Assembly: GCA_046594105.1 (NCBI GenBank)
Contig: JBKJQB010000195.1
Span: 4,674-68,673 of the forward strand
Reading direction: 5' to 3'
DNA: 64,000 nt
From: Thermoanaerobaculia bacterium
GTDB lineage: Bacteria; Acidobacteriota; Thermoanaerobaculia; Gp7-AA8
Made by a program: the position numbers and the translations under genes. Positions 30,249-40,304 of this stretch are shown here, one piece after another; position 1 is the stretch's first letter, and each line of letters begins with the position of its first letter. A model generated the notes under the pieces. That model did no database searches, was not told where the DNA came from, and saw nothing but the letters and a program-made list of their open reading frames with translations.

Positions 30249-31352
30249 ATGACGGACACGAAAACACACACCCACCTCCCCACCCGCGGTTCCTCGCCCG
30301 CCCAACGCATCCCGGTCGCAGTTCTCGGAGCGACGGGCTCGGTGGGCCAGCGATTCGTCCAGCTCCTGGAAAATCACCCCTGGTTCGTTCTGCACGAGGT
30401 GGTGGCGTCGGAGCGGAGCGCCGGCAAGTTGTATGCGGATGCCGCAGACTGGCGGCTCGATTCGTTGCTTCCCGACACAGCCGCCGCGATGAGAGTTCTT
30501 GCCCTCGGATCGCCCCTCGAGTCGCGGCTCGTCTTCTCCGGACTGGACTCCTCGGTGGCCGGCGAGGCGGAGGACGACTATGCCGCACGCGGTTGCATGG
30601 TCCTCTCGAACTCCAAGAATCATCGAATGGATCCCGACGTTCCTCTGCTGATCCCGGAGATCAACGCCGATCACGCGCGCGCCATCGAGACGCAGCGCAA
30701 GCGGCGAGGGGGCACCGGCGCGATTGTGACCAACCCGAACTGCTCGACCATGGGATTGGCCATGGCCATTGCGCCGATCGAGCGGGCGTACGGAATCGCC
30801 CAGCTGCACGTGACCACCATGCAGGCGGTGTCTGGCGCCGGGTACGCAGGCGTGCCCTCGTACGCAATCCTCGACAACGTGATCCCGTTCATCGACGGCG
30901 AGGAATTGAAGATCGAGACAGAGCCGCGCAAGATTCTGGGGTCCTGGGATGGTCAGCGCTTTGTCGATGCGCCTTTCCGCATCTCCGCGCAGGTCAACCG
31001 CGTGCCGGTCATCGATGGACACTTGATGACGATCTCCCTCGGCCTCCGCGACAGCTCGGTGGTGAACTTCGACGGGATTCGCAAAGCCATCGAGTCGTTT
31101 CAGGGCGAGCCGCAGAAACTGGGACTGCCTTCCGCACCGAAGCGTCCGCTGCACTACATCGATCGGCAGGACCGGCCGCAGCCGCGCCTCGATCGCGATC
31201 GGGAGAGTGGAATGAGCGTCTCCATCGGCCGTCTGCGTCCCTGTCCCCTGCTGGACGTACGCATGGTGGCTCTGGTCCACAACACCATCCGCGGCGCTGC
31301 CGGTGCCGCACTGCTGAATGCCGAGTTGTTGCAAGCGAAGGGACTGCTTTGA
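30249..31352 (+). CDS. asd: aspartate-semialdehyde dehydrogenase
   Basis: VAVLGATGSVGQRFVQLL NAD(P)-binding motif. TNPNCSTMGL active-site Cys region. Confidence 0.85.
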   Translation: MTDTKTHTHLPTRGSSPAQRIPVAVLGATGSVGQRFVQLLENHPWFVLHEVVASERSAGKLYADAADWRLDSLLPDTAAAMRVLALGSPLESRLVFSGLDSSVAGEAEDDYAARGCMVLSNSKNHRMDPDVPLLIPEINADHARAIETQRKRRGGTGAIVTNPNCSTMGLAMAIAPIERAYGIAQLHVTTMQAVSGAGYAGVPSYAILDNVIPFIDGEELKIETEPRKILGSWDGQRFVDAPFRISAQVNRVPVIDGHLMTISLGLRDSSVVNFDGIRKAIESFQGEPQKLGLPSAPKRPLHYIDRQDRPQPRLDRDRESGMSVSIGRLRPCPLLDVRMVALVHNTIRGAAGAALLNAELLQAKGLL

Positions 31353-31368
31353 CGACGGGATCGAAGCG

Positions 31369-32745
31369 ATGATCGTCATCAAGTTCGGCGGCACGTCCGT
31401 TGGTGATGCGCAGCGTGTGGCCAGCGCCATCGACATCGTGGCGGCGCGGCGCGATCGGCAGCCGGTGGTGGTGGTCTCCGCGCTGGCGGGAGTGACCAAC
31501 GATCTGGTCGCCGCAACCGAGGCGGCGTGTGCGGGGGATCAGGAACGGGTGCGGGAGATCGTCGCCCGGGTACGGCAGCGGCACGAAGACGTGGCCATGC
31601 AGCTGGTGCAACAGAAGTTCGATTTCTTCGAGGCGTTCCTCAAGAAGCTCAACCGTCAGATCGACGAGATCCACACCATCCTCAGCGGAATCGCCTTGCT
31701 GCGCGAGATCACCGCGCGGGCCAAAGACAAAGTGGTGGCCATTGGCGAGAAGCTCTCGTCCGTGCTCTTCGCTTACTCCATGATGATGCGCGCGCTGCCG
31801 GGCGAGCACGTCGACTCCGAGGAAGTGGTGATCACCGATGGGCGGTTCGGCGAAGCCTCGCCGATCATGGAGGAAACGCGCCAAGCGGCCCGGCGCGTCC
31901 TCGTTCCGCTCCTGGAGCGCAATCTCATCCCGGTCATGGGAGGGTTCATCGGCAGCACGCGCGAGGGCGCCACCACGACGCTCGGACGCGGCGGATCGGA
32001 CTTCAGCGCAGCGATCGTCGGTGCGGCAATTTCGGCTGAGGAGATCCAGATCTGGACCGATGTCGACGGCATGATGACCTGCGATCCGCGGCTCATCCCG
32101 GCGGCGAAGATGATCGAGCGGATCTCCTACGTCGAGGCGGCAGAGCTGGCGTGGTTCGGCGCAAAAGTGCTCCACCCCAAGACCATCGCGCCCGCCGTGG
32201 CGGAGCACATCCCGGTGCGGATCCTCAATACGCACAATGTCTCCAGCCCCGGCACGGTGATCACCGAGGAAGGCGACGAAGGCGCTGCGGGCCCACGGGC
32301 CATCGCCGTCAAGCGCGGAGTGACCATCGTCCACATGACCTCGAACACGATGCTGGGAGCGCATGGATTCCTGGCCCGCCTGTTCGCGGTGTTCGAGCAG
32401 CTGGAGATCTCGGTGGACCTGATCACGACCTCCGAGGTCTCCGTGTCGGTGACCATCGACGACAAGCACAACCTGCAGCAGCTGGTGGAGAAGCTCGGAC
32501 CGGTTGCCAACGTGGAGGTGCTGGAGAATCAGTGCATCGTGGCGGTCGTCGGTCGCAACCTGATGCGCGACTCCGCAGTCGGCGCGCGCATTTTTGACGC
32601 GGTGCGGGGAGTGTCGCTGTCGATGTTCTCCATGGGCACCTCGGGACTCAACCTCTCCATCGCCTGCAGCGAGAGCGAAGGAGATCGCGCCGTCCGTGCG
32701 ATCCATGCCGCGCTGTTCGAAAAGCACGCCGAGGTGGCATCGTGA
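31369..32745 (+). CDS. lysC: aspartate kinase
   Basis: MIVIKFGGTSV kinase N-terminus. C-terminal ACT regulatory domains. Begins 17 bp after asd. Confidence 0.85.
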   Translation: MIVIKFGGTSVGDAQRVASAIDIVAARRDRQPVVVVSALAGVTNDLVAATEAACAGDQERVREIVARVRQRHEDVAMQLVQQKFDFFEAFLKKLNRQIDEIHTILSGIALLREITARAKDKVVAIGEKLSSVLFAYSMMMRALPGEHVDSEEVVITDGRFGEASPIMEETRQAARRVLVPLLERNLIPVMGGFIGSTREGATTTLGRGGSDFSAAIVGAAISAEEIQIWTDVDGMMTCDPRLIPAAKMIERISYVEAAELAWFGAKVLHPKTIAPAVAEHIPVRILNTHNVSSPGTVITEEGDEGAAGPRAIAVKRGVTIVHMTSNTMLGAHGFLARLFAVFEQLEISVDLITTSEVSVSVTIDDKHNLQQLVEKLGPVANVEVLENQCIVAVVGRNLMRDSAVGARIFDAVRGVSLSMFSMGTSGLNLSIACSESEGDRAVRAIHAALFEKHAEVAS

Positions 32746-32775
32746 TGACGGAACGGTCGCCGGCGGCGACTGCCG

Positions 32776-32940
32776 CGTCGAGTTCCCTCTCCCCGCCGCA
32801 GCGGGGAGAGGGTCCGCGAAGCGGGGGTGAGGGGTCTCTCTCCCTGCGGTCGCGTGAGGCCCCTCATCCGGCCTTCGGCCACCCTTCGACTCGCTTCGCT
32901 CGCTCAGGGCAGGCTCTTCTCCCCGCGCCGCGGGGAGAAG
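32776..32940 (+). other. pair of near-identical hairpins between lysC and dapB
   Basis: CCCTCTCCCCGC-cgca-GCGGGGAGAGGG at 32776-32803 and CTCTTCTCCCCGCG-ccg-CGGGGAGAAG at 32914-32940. Confidence 0.6.
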
Positions 32941-32989
32941 GATCTCGACTGAAAACGCGCCCGCTGCTGTCCTCTCTCGAGGTGGCACC

Positions 32990-33658
32990 ATGAAGCTGGC
33001 CATTCACGGCTACGGAAAAATGGGCAAGGCCGTGGAGCGCATCGCGGTGGAGCGAGGTCACGAAATCGTGAGCATCGTGGGTCATGCAGGCTCACCGACG
33101 ATCGAAGGTGCCGAGGTCTTGATCGATTTTTCCAACGCCGGGACGTTGGACAGAGCGCTGGACCTGGCCATCGAAGGCAAAACCGGTCTGGTCATCGGAA
33201 CGACCGGCTGGAACTCCCGTCTCGACGAGGTCCGCACCCGTGTGGACCAGGCGGGGATCGGCTGCGTCTACGCGTCGAACTTTTCGCCGGGAGCGAACGT
33301 GATGTTCGCGCTGGCGCGGCGGGCGGGAGAGTTGTTTGCGCAGTTCCCGGAGTACCAGGCGGCGATGGAAGAGCGGCATCACGCCCAGAAAAAGGACGCC
33401 CCGAGCGGGACCGCGCTGCGGATCGCGGAAGAGGTCCGGCAGGGAAGTAACGGGAAGCTCGATCCGCCGATCAACTCGACCCGTGCCGGCAGCGAGTTCG
33501 GACTGCATACGCTTTTCTTCGACTCCCCCGACGATCTGATCGAGATCTCGCATCGCGCCCGCGGGCGCGACGGATTCGCGCGCGGAGCGGTTGTTGCAGC
33601 AGAAATGCTTGGCGGCCGGAAGGGGCTGCTTCGCTTCGACGAGTTGCTGTTTCCCTGA
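32990..33658 (+). CDS. dapB: 4-hydroxy-tetrahydrodipicolinate reductase
   Basis: MKLAIHGYGKMGKAV NAD(P)-binding motif. EERHHAQKKDAPSGTA catalytic motif. Confidence 0.8.
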   Translation: MKLAIHGYGKMGKAVERIAVERGHEIVSIVGHAGSPTIEGAEVLIDFSNAGTLDRALDLAIEGKTGLVIGTTGWNSRLDEVRTRVDQAGIGCVYASNFSPGANVMFALARRAGELFAQFPEYQAAMEERHHAQKKDAPSGTALRIAEEVRQGSNGKLDPPINSTRAGSEFGLHTLFFDSPDDLIEISHRARGRDGFARGAVVAAEMLGGRKGLLRFDELLFP

Positions 33659-33710
33659 TGCGATTCTCGGATTCGCCGAGCGAGGGATGAGGCCTGATGG
33701 AGAACTTGCG

Positions 33711-34637
33711 ATGAAAGGTCATTCCTCATTTCGGGGGATCGGAACCGCGTTGATCACGCCGTTCACCGACAGCGGTGCGCTCGACGAGACGGCGTTTCTC
33801 CGTTTCGTCGACTGGCAGATCGAAGAGGGGATCGGATTCCTCGTCCCCTGCGGCACCACAGGAGAAAACCCCGCCCTGACCGCGGAGGAGCATCGTCGTG
33901 TCGTCGAGATGGCGGTGCAGGCCTCGAAGGGACGGGTGCCCGTGCTGGCAGGCGCCGGGAGCAACTCCACTCCGCGCGCCGTCGAACTGGCGCAGCAGGC
34001 CATCGATCTCGGCGCGGATGGCGTCCTGACCATCACGCCCTTCTACAACAAGCCGACGCCAGACGGGCTGCGCCGTCATTTCGGCATGCAGGCCGAGGCC
34101 ATCGAGAAAAAGGCCGCCGGCTTTCCGATGATCCTCTACAACGTTCCCGGCCGCACCGGCGTGAACATGGCCGCTGCCACCACGCTGAAGATCGCGAAGG
34201 AGATCCCGAACGTCATCGGCGTGAAGGAAGCCTCGGGGAACCTGGAGCAGATTCTGACCATCCTCCGCGATCGCCCGGAAGGGTTTCTCGTTCTCAGTGG
34301 CGACGACGCCTGGACGCTGCCGCTGATCGCTGCGGGCGCGGATGGTTTGATTTCGGTGGCCTCCAACGAGATCCCCCGGCTGATGTCCGAGTTGGTCCGC
34401 TCCGGGTTAGTGGGAGACTTCGCCGCTGCCCGAGCCGTTCACGAGCGGGTGCTGCCGTTGCTGCTGGGGAACTTCATCGAATCGAATCCCATCCCGGTCA
34501 AGACGGTCTGTCGGATGCTGGGCATCCTGGCGAACGATGTGGTGCGTTCGCCGCTGGCACCGATTACCGAGGCGAATCGGAAGCAACTGGAAGCAATCCT
34601 GGAGCAATGCGATCTGCGACCGGTGACGTCATCATGA
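33711..34637 (+). CDS. dapA: 4-hydroxy-tetrahydrodipicolinate synthase
   Basis: [10 protein letters not shown]...VPCGTTGE motif. Schiff-base lysine context IGVKEASGN. Confidence 0.85.
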   Translation: MKGHSSFRGIGTALITPFTDSGALDETAFLRFVDWQIEEGIGFLVPCGTTGENPALTAEEHRRVVEMAVQASKGRVPVLAGAGSNSTPRAVELAQQAIDLGADGVLTITPFYNKPTPDGLRRHFGMQAEAIEKKAAGFPMILYNVPGRTGVNMAAATTLKIAKEIPNVIGVKEASGNLEQILTILRDRPEGFLVLSGDDAWTLPLIAAGADGLISVASNEIPRLMSELVRSGLVGDFAAARAVHERVLPLLLGNFIESNPIPVKTVCRMLGILANDVVRSPLAPITEANRKQLEAILEQCDLRPVTSS

Positions 34638-34722
34638 AGACACCTGTCAGTACAGGGATAAGATCGAGCCTGTTCACCGGCGCCTTTCGAGCGTCCGTTC
34701 CGTGGGACGAAAGGGGCATCTG

Positions 34723-35577
34723 ATGGCCAGCAAGACCGAATCGAAAGGGTTGACGATCGAAGAGCGGCTCGCCGGGTTGCAGGGAACGACTGACCGGATG
34801 GAGGCCGTCAAGACCATCGGCCTGTTTCTCGCGGAGTTGGAGAAGGGCTCGGTTCGCGCGGCGGTGCGCGACCCGGACGGCGTGTGGCAGGTTCAGGCCT
34901 GGGTCAAGGAAGGCATCCTGGCCGCCTTCCGCTTCGGAATCCTGTCGGAGTTTGCCTCGGGCGCGCTCTCGTTCGTGGACAAGGACACCATCCCGGCGCG
35001 TCGGTTCAAGGCGCAGGATGGAGTGCGCATCGTCCCGGGCGGCTCTTCAATCCGTCGCGGAACTTTCATCGCCAAGGGTGTGGTGATGATGCCGCCGGCC
35101 TTTGTGAACGTCGGCGCGTACGTGGACGAAGACACCATGATCGACTCGCACGCGCTGGTCGGATCGTGTGCCCAGATAGGCAAGCGCGTCCACCTCAGTG
35201 CCGCTGCGCAGATCGGCGGAGTTCTGGAGCCGGTCGGAAACATCCCGGTGATCATCGAAGACGATGTGGTGGTGGGCGGCAACTGCGGAATCTACGAGGG
35301 CACGGTGGTTCGCGGCCGAGCGGTGATCGGGGCGGGCGTGGTTCTGACCGGCTCGACGCCGGTCTACGATCTCGTGCGCGGCCAGATCTATCGTCGTACC
35401 GCCGATCGTCCGCTGGAGATTCCCTACGGTGCGGTGGTGGTCCCCGGTTCCCGTCCGATTCAGGGCGCCTTTGCGGAGGAGCATTCCCTGCAGATCACCA
35501 CGCCGATGATCGTCAAGTATCGCGACGAGAAAACCGACGCGTCGACAGCGCTGGAGGAGGCGCTGCGCGGGGAGTGA
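34723..35577 (+). CDS. dapD: 2,3,4,5-tetrahydropyridine-2,6-dicarboxylate N-succinyltransferase
   Basis: Left-handed beta-helix hexapeptide repeats ([33 protein letters not shown]). DapD-type N-terminal domain. AAGGGG RBS precedes the ATG at 34723. Confidence 0.8.
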   Translation: MASKTESKGLTIEERLAGLQGTTDRMEAVKTIGLFLAELEKGSVRAAVRDPDGVWQVQAWVKEGILAAFRFGILSEFASGALSFVDKDTIPARRFKAQDGVRIVPGGSSIRRGTFIAKGVVMMPPAFVNVGAYVDEDTMIDSHALVGSCAQIGKRVHLSAAAQIGGVLEPVGNIPVIIEDDVVVGGNCGIYEGTVVRGRAVIGAGVVLTGSTPVYDLVRGQIYRRTADRPLEIPYGAVVVPGSRPIQGAFAEEHSLQITTPMIVKYRDEKTDASTALEEALRGE

Positions 35578-35593
35578 GCCAGCAGCACGATCG

Positions 35594-36715
35594 ATGAATC
35601 CCAGAATCTCCGGCCGTTTCTCCAACCTCGAGCTGTCCCTGATCCGTCAGATCAACGCTCTGGCCACGCCGCTGTCGGTCAACCTCGGAATCGGCGAACC
35701 GAACATCGAGCCCGACGAGATGCTGCGGGAGTTCGCTCGCAGCGCCGCAACCAGCGGCTCGTGGCACTACACAGCCAACGCCGGAACGATCGGCTTGCGC
35801 AAGCTGGTCGGCGAACGTGCCGGAGCGGAGGCGGCGACCGAGGTCTGCATCACCGCGGGCACGGAGGAGGCGCTCTACGCGATCCTGCAGGCGTATGTCG
35901 ATCCGGGAGACGAGGTGCTAATTCCCAATCCCGGTTTCTCGGCGTATTCGACGCTCGTACGCATCTCCGGCGGCGTGCCGGTGACGTACGACCTGGAGCC
36001 ACCCGACTGGCGGCTCGATCCGGCACGGCTGCTCTCGCGCATCACGCCGAAAACGAAGTGCATCGTGGTGAACTCACCATCGAATCCCCTGGGCTCCGTC
36101 ATTCCGCGGGAGACCCTCGCTGCGATTGCCGAGGCCGGACTGCTGGTGGTGAGCGATGAGGTCTACAGCGAGATCTGGTACGAGCAGCGACCGCCGTCCA
36201 TGCTGGGGATGGGACCGAACGTGCTGGTGGTCAATGGTCTTTCGAAGAGCCACTCCATGACCGGGCTGCGGCTGGGGTGGGTGACCGGACGGGCAGAACT
36301 GATGAAACCGGTCGTGACCGCGCATCAGTACATCGCCACGTGCGCCTCCGCGTTTTCGCAGACCCTGGCGGAGAGGGTTCTCTCCTCCAACGAATGGAAC
36401 GAGGCCTGGCTGGAGCGGATTCGCGCGCAGTTTCGGTTGCAGCGGGAAGCGGCGCTCGGGGCGATCGAGCGGGAGCTTTCGGTGGCCATCGAGCCGCCCG
36501 CGGGAGCTTTCTACGCGTTCGTGCCGGTGCCCTCCTGTGACACGCTCGCGTTCGCGCGCTCCATGGCTCTGGATGCCGCGGTTCTGGTGATTCCCGGTGT
36601 GGCCTTCGGGTCTCTGGGTGAGGGTTTTATCCGCATTTCCTACGCCGCGGCGGTCGAGCAGATTGGAACCGGAATCGAGCGGCTCGGTCGCGCTCTTCGT
36701 TCCGCAGGCCGTTGA
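35594..36715 (+). CDS. class I/II PLP-dependent aminotransferase (candidate N-succinyl-diaminopimelate aminotransferase)
   Basis: 373 aa. PLP-lysine motif GLSKSHSMTGLRLG. A DapC-like role is inferred only from its position in the dap cluster. Confidence 0.7.
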   Translation: MNPRISGRFSNLELSLIRQINALATPLSVNLGIGEPNIEPDEMLREFARSAATSGSWHYTANAGTIGLRKLVGERAGAEAATEVCITAGTEEALYAILQAYVDPGDEVLIPNPGFSAYSTLVRISGGVPVTYDLEPPDWRLDPARLLSRITPKTKCIVVNSPSNPLGSVIPRETLAAIAEAGLLVVSDEVYSEIWYEQRPPSMLGMGPNVLVVNGLSKSHSMTGLRLGWVTGRAELMKPVVTAHQYIATCASAFSQTLAERVLSSNEWNEAWLERIRAQFRLQREAALGAIERELSVAIEPPAGAFYAFVPVPSCDTLAFARSMALDAAVLVIPGVAFGSLGEGFIRISYAAAVEQIGTGIERLGRALRSAGR

Positions 36716-36802
36716 GAAAAACTCCTCTCTGTGATTTGGCCGGCAGCTGGCGCGCTGCGGGCGTCACACTTGCAACGTTGGCGATGGGGAACCCACTAGA
36801 GA

Positions 36803-37711
36803 ATGGCTGCAAGAGTGCGTCGCGTTACTGAAAAACTGCCCGTTCCACCTGCGAAGGATTCCGTCGCTGCGGCGGAGGTGTCGCTGTATCGCAACGTGCT
36901 GAAAATCCGGCAGGATCACGATCTGGAAAACCTGGGCATCTCGTTCTACGACGCTCACTCCACCATCCAGTGGTCCTACAACGCGGATCACTACTTCCAT
37001 GCGGCGTCGACGATGAAGCTCGCCGTCCTCCTCGGCGTTTTCCGTCAGGTCGAGCGCGGCGAGCTCACTCTGGATGCTCCGGTCCACATCCGGAACCGCT
37101 TCACCAGCATCGTGAACCAGGAGCCGTTCATGCTCGATCTTGGTCGCGATGCCGATCCGGACGTGTACGGCCACCTGGGCAAGACCCTCACCGTCCGGGA
37201 ACTGGCCTACTGGATGATCACCAAGTCGAGCAATCTGGCCACCAACCTGCTGGTGGAAGTCGTCAGCATCGGGACGATCCAGATCGCGCTCGATGAGCTG
37301 GAGATCGATGGCGTCCGGGTGCTCCGCGGGGTGGAGGACACCGCCGCCTTCAATGCCGGCCTCAATAACGAAGTAACGGCGAACGGGCTGCTGAAGCTTC
37401 TGCGGTCGATCGCCGACGGCAAGGCCTACTCACAGAATTCCAGCGACGAGATGCTCAAGATCATGCTCGAGCAGCAGTATCGCAGCGGCATTCCGGCGGG
37501 CCTGCCCAAGGCGGCCTCCGCTCGCGTTGCGCACAAGACGGGCAATATCTCCACCGTGCACCACGACGCCGGAATCGTCTATCTTGACGACCGCAAGCCG
37601 TACGTGCTGGTGATCCTCACGCAGTTCAGTGTGGAAAACGGGAGGGGAACGGCGGTGGCGGACGTATCGCGTGACATCTACTCCACCCTCGCCGGAAGCA
37701 GCTATGAGTGA
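36803..37711 (+). CDS. class A beta-lactamase-like serine hydrolase
   Basis: 302 aa. STMK (SxxK), SSN (SxN) and KTG motifs in class A order. May instead be a PBP-like hydrolase. Confidence 0.65.
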   Translation: MAARVRRVTEKLPVPPAKDSVAAAEVSLYRNVLKIRQDHDLENLGISFYDAHSTIQWSYNADHYFHAASTMKLAVLLGVFRQVERGELTLDAPVHIRNRFTSIVNQEPFMLDLGRDADPDVYGHLGKTLTVRELAYWMITKSSNLATNLLVEVVSIGTIQIALDELEIDGVRVLRGVEDTAAFNAGLNNEVTANGLLKLLRSIADGKAYSQNSSDEMLKIMLEQQYRSGIPAGLPKAASARVAHKTGNISTVHHDAGIVYLDDRKPYVLVILTQFSVENGRGTAVADVSRDIYSTLAGSSYE

Positions 37712-38414
37712 TCAGGACCAGTCCATCAAAGTCGTCGATGCCTTCGATCTCGACGACGAGCTTCGATCCCTGCTCAAGCCCGGCGAAATGGTTCGCGACG
37801 GGGAAGGCAGGCGCCATCGGCTGCCCCGCTATTTTTACGAGATCCCCTCTCACGAGGCTGGGATGCAGATCCGGCTCAGCCCTCATTTCGGCCTGAACGA
37901 ATTCACCCTGGTGGATCTCAAAGAGGCCCCCCGCCTTCAGCAGTTTCCGCGCTACGTTCCCTGTGCGGTCCGGATCCTCTCGTTTTACCTGGAGCAGTTT
38001 CGTAGCGCCGTGGGAGCCTCGGTCCACATCGCCGTCAACGGAGCGTACCGCTCGCCCTCACACAAGCTGGCCATCGGGGGAACGGCGCATATGTGGGGCA
38101 CGGCTGCCGACGTCTACCGCATCGGGACCACTATCCTCAAGACTCGCGAGCAGATCGAGAAATACAACGTGATCGCGGAAGACCTTTCCGAAGACATCTC
38201 CGTGCTGCCGTACGGGCATGTGACGGGAAACAACGCGGATGATCACGTGCATCTCGACGTCGGCTACATCACGGTGATTCCGCGCGAGATCTCGGAAGAC
38301 AGGATGGAGGTTCCTCAGGAACACCGGCCGAGGTTTGCCTTTGAAGAGCGCCGTCGCACCGATCGGCGGACTCTGCCGAGAGAGATGGCCACCTCGGGCG
38401 AAAAAAACGAATAA
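37704..38414 (+). CDS. peptidase M15A-like (zinc D-Ala-D-Ala carboxypeptidase / YcbK-like fold) protein
   Basis: 236 aa. NGAYRSPSHKLAIGGTAHMWGTAADV and HVTGNNADDHVHLDVG match the M15 H..G.A.D ... HvD zinc-ligand pattern. Start overlaps the upstream stop (ATGAGTGA). Confidence 0.55.
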   Translation: MSDQDQSIKVVDAFDLDDELRSLLKPGEMVRDGEGRRHRLPRYFYEIPSHEAGMQIRLSPHFGLNEFTLVDLKEAPRLQQFPRYVPCAVRILSFYLEQFRSAVGASVHIAVNGAYRSPSHKLAIGGTAHMWGTAADVYRIGTTILKTREQIEKYNVIAEDLSEDISVLPYGHVTGNNADDHVHLDVGYITVIPREISEDRMEVPQEHRPRFAFEERRRTDRRTLPREMATSGEKNE

Positions 38415-38517
38415 GTTCCCTTGATTCCGGTTGTGGCTACCGCTTCCGGCCCGGCCTGCCGTTTGCTTAGGACGGAGGAACTCGGCTGCGACCGTCCACT
38501 CCCCAGGACCCTCGGAA

Positions 38518-40113
38518 ATGCCCTCAGATCTGAAAAATAACCTCGACGACCGGACTCTGGCGAGGACCCGGCTGAGCATGCCTGTGATGGGCATGGAGGC
38601 GGAGTTCAACGTCTGGATCGACGAGGTGGAGATCGATCCCACGCCGTACTTCAAGCACCCCAGCGCCTTCATCGACCGGCCTCTGCTGCCGCGCGAGAAG
38701 TCCTCCCTGCAGCTGCCCACCGGGGGAGCGGTTTACTTCGACCGCGGCGTCATTGAAGTAGTCACCCCGGTGATCGAGCTGGCGCCGCACGCGACCGCCC
38801 GGATGGTCCGCAATCTCTGGGATCAGATCCAATTCGTTCGCGACCAGCTGACCCACTGGGAGAAACAGAACGGTCACACCGTCCGGCTCAAGGCGTACAG
38901 CACGCACTACAACATCTCCTACGAGATCCCCCGGTCGCAGCAGAACGCGCGACGGAACGAGAAGAAGCTGGCTCTGCTTCTGGCCTACATCCTGCCGGTT
39001 CCGGTCATGCTGGTGGCCTCGAACCGGCGTTCCACGGGTGTGGGGGTCCGGCCACGGGGCGGACGGATGGAGATCACGGTCGATTTCACGCCCGATCCCG
39101 GTCTCATGCTGGCGGCCGCCACGCTGATCGTCGGCATTGTCCGGGAGGTCATGTCGTGGCCCTCGTACGAGCTATCGATCCTCAAGGAGTTGCCCATCCC
39201 GGTGGTGGCGGGCGTGATCCCCGGCAAACACACCACCCGCAAAGGCTGGCTGACCAAAGACTTCCACTACGCCCAGAGCCCCTACACCGCGGATGTGAAC
39301 GAGAGGATCTGGACGACCCAGTTCGGCGAGATCAAATCGCTCCGCCAGATGGCTGCGGAGACCGCCTGGTTCTTCCGCCGGTCCATCCGTCGCTACTCCG
39401 ACCCGTTCAGCACTCGGCTCCTCTTCGCCATCATGACCGGTCGCGCTCCCTCGATGCTCGAGCTGGTCGACCGGCCTACTGCCTATGACGACGTCGGACG
39501 CCTGTGCCGCTGGGGCATGGTCACGCACGAGCTCAAGAACTATGACGCCGAGATGGAACTGCTCCAAGCGAAGAGGCTGGCCTGGGAAAATCTCCCGATC
39601 GATCAACACGTCATCAACCGCAGCCAGGCGAAACACCTCCACGAGCTGGAGGTGAAATCGGCTCAAGGCGCTCGACGGGTGAAGGCTGATGGAAAGGCGG
39701 GCGAAGCCTCCTCTCCTGTTCGTCCGCCGGCCGTCCGACGTGCGAGGATCGCTCCCGCTCGTCGCGGGGGTGACGGACAGGGAAAGCTGGTGCCGAATCG
39801 TCCCAGCCCGTATCTGGACCGCCGCGGGACGTCCCTGCTTCCGGGGCAGGCTCCCAGAGAGCGCCGCCGGGATTCGGAGCGGCGCCGCAGCGTTTACGCG
39901 ACGCCGTTTCCTGATCGTCGCTTGACTCGGTCAGCCTACGAGCAGGTCTTTCTCAAGCTCGTCTCTGGCGGCACACTCAGGGTGGGCCAGGATATTTACC
40001 GTCCGATCGGCATGAAGGGTTGGTATCACGCCATCTTCCGCCGCGACTCCGACGGAACCGAGCGCCTGATGACCATCGATCAATTGCTGCAGAAGATGAA
40101 CGACTGGCTCTGA
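38518..40113 (+). CDS. hypothetical protein, possible carboxylate-amine ligase (GCS2/amidoligase superfamily) with Arg-rich disordered linker
   Basis: 532 aa. N-terminal MGMEAEFNVW ... GGAVYFDRGVIEVVTPV ... HYN resembles the conserved Glu-containing strands of the glutamate-cysteine-ligase-2/amidoligase fold. Residues about 400-470 are an Arg/Pro-rich low-complexity stretch. A conserved-looking C-terminal 70 aa follows. Confidence 0.4.
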   Translation: MPSDLKNNLDDRTLARTRLSMPVMGMEAEFNVWIDEVEIDPTPYFKHPSAFIDRPLLPREKSSLQLPTGGAVYFDRGVIEVVTPVIELAPHATARMVRNLWDQIQFVRDQLTHWEKQNGHTVRLKAYSTHYNISYEIPRSQQNARRNEKKLALLLAYILPVPVMLVASNRRSTGVGVRPRGGRMEITVDFTPDPGLMLAAATLIVGIVREVMSWPSYELSILKELPIPVVAGVIPGKHTTRKGWLTKDFHYAQSPYTADVNERIWTTQFGEIKSLRQMAAETAWFFRRSIRRYSDPFSTRLLFAIMTGRAPSMLELVDRPTAYDDVGRLCRWGMVTHELKNYDAEMELLQAKRLAWENLPIDQHVINRSQAKHLHELEVKSAQGARRVKADGKAGEASSPVRPPAVRRARIAPARRGGDGQGKLVPNRPSPYLDRRGTSLLPGQAPRERRRDSERRRSVYATPFPDRRLTRSAYEQVFLKLVSGGTLRVGQDIYRPIGMKGWYHAIFRRDSDGTERLMTIDQLLQKMNDWL

Positions 40114-40304
40114 AGCGCGTTTCGTCGTTGGGAACGCGCTCCCTTACGGTCCCGTGCCCGGTCGATCGTGCGTGATTCTACGAACTGCGAAGCGATCGGG
40201 GCGCGACCAGGACGGTATTCGCGTCGCGCGCGACAACGGCCTCGGATAGCGCGCTAGACCGCGCCCTGGGATCTCCAGGGCGCGGAAGAAAATGTGGAAG
40301 CAGG

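Noticed and set aside
31009-33003. 664-aa minus ORF
   Set aside because: Antisense to lysC and dapB region. Arg/Gly-rich.
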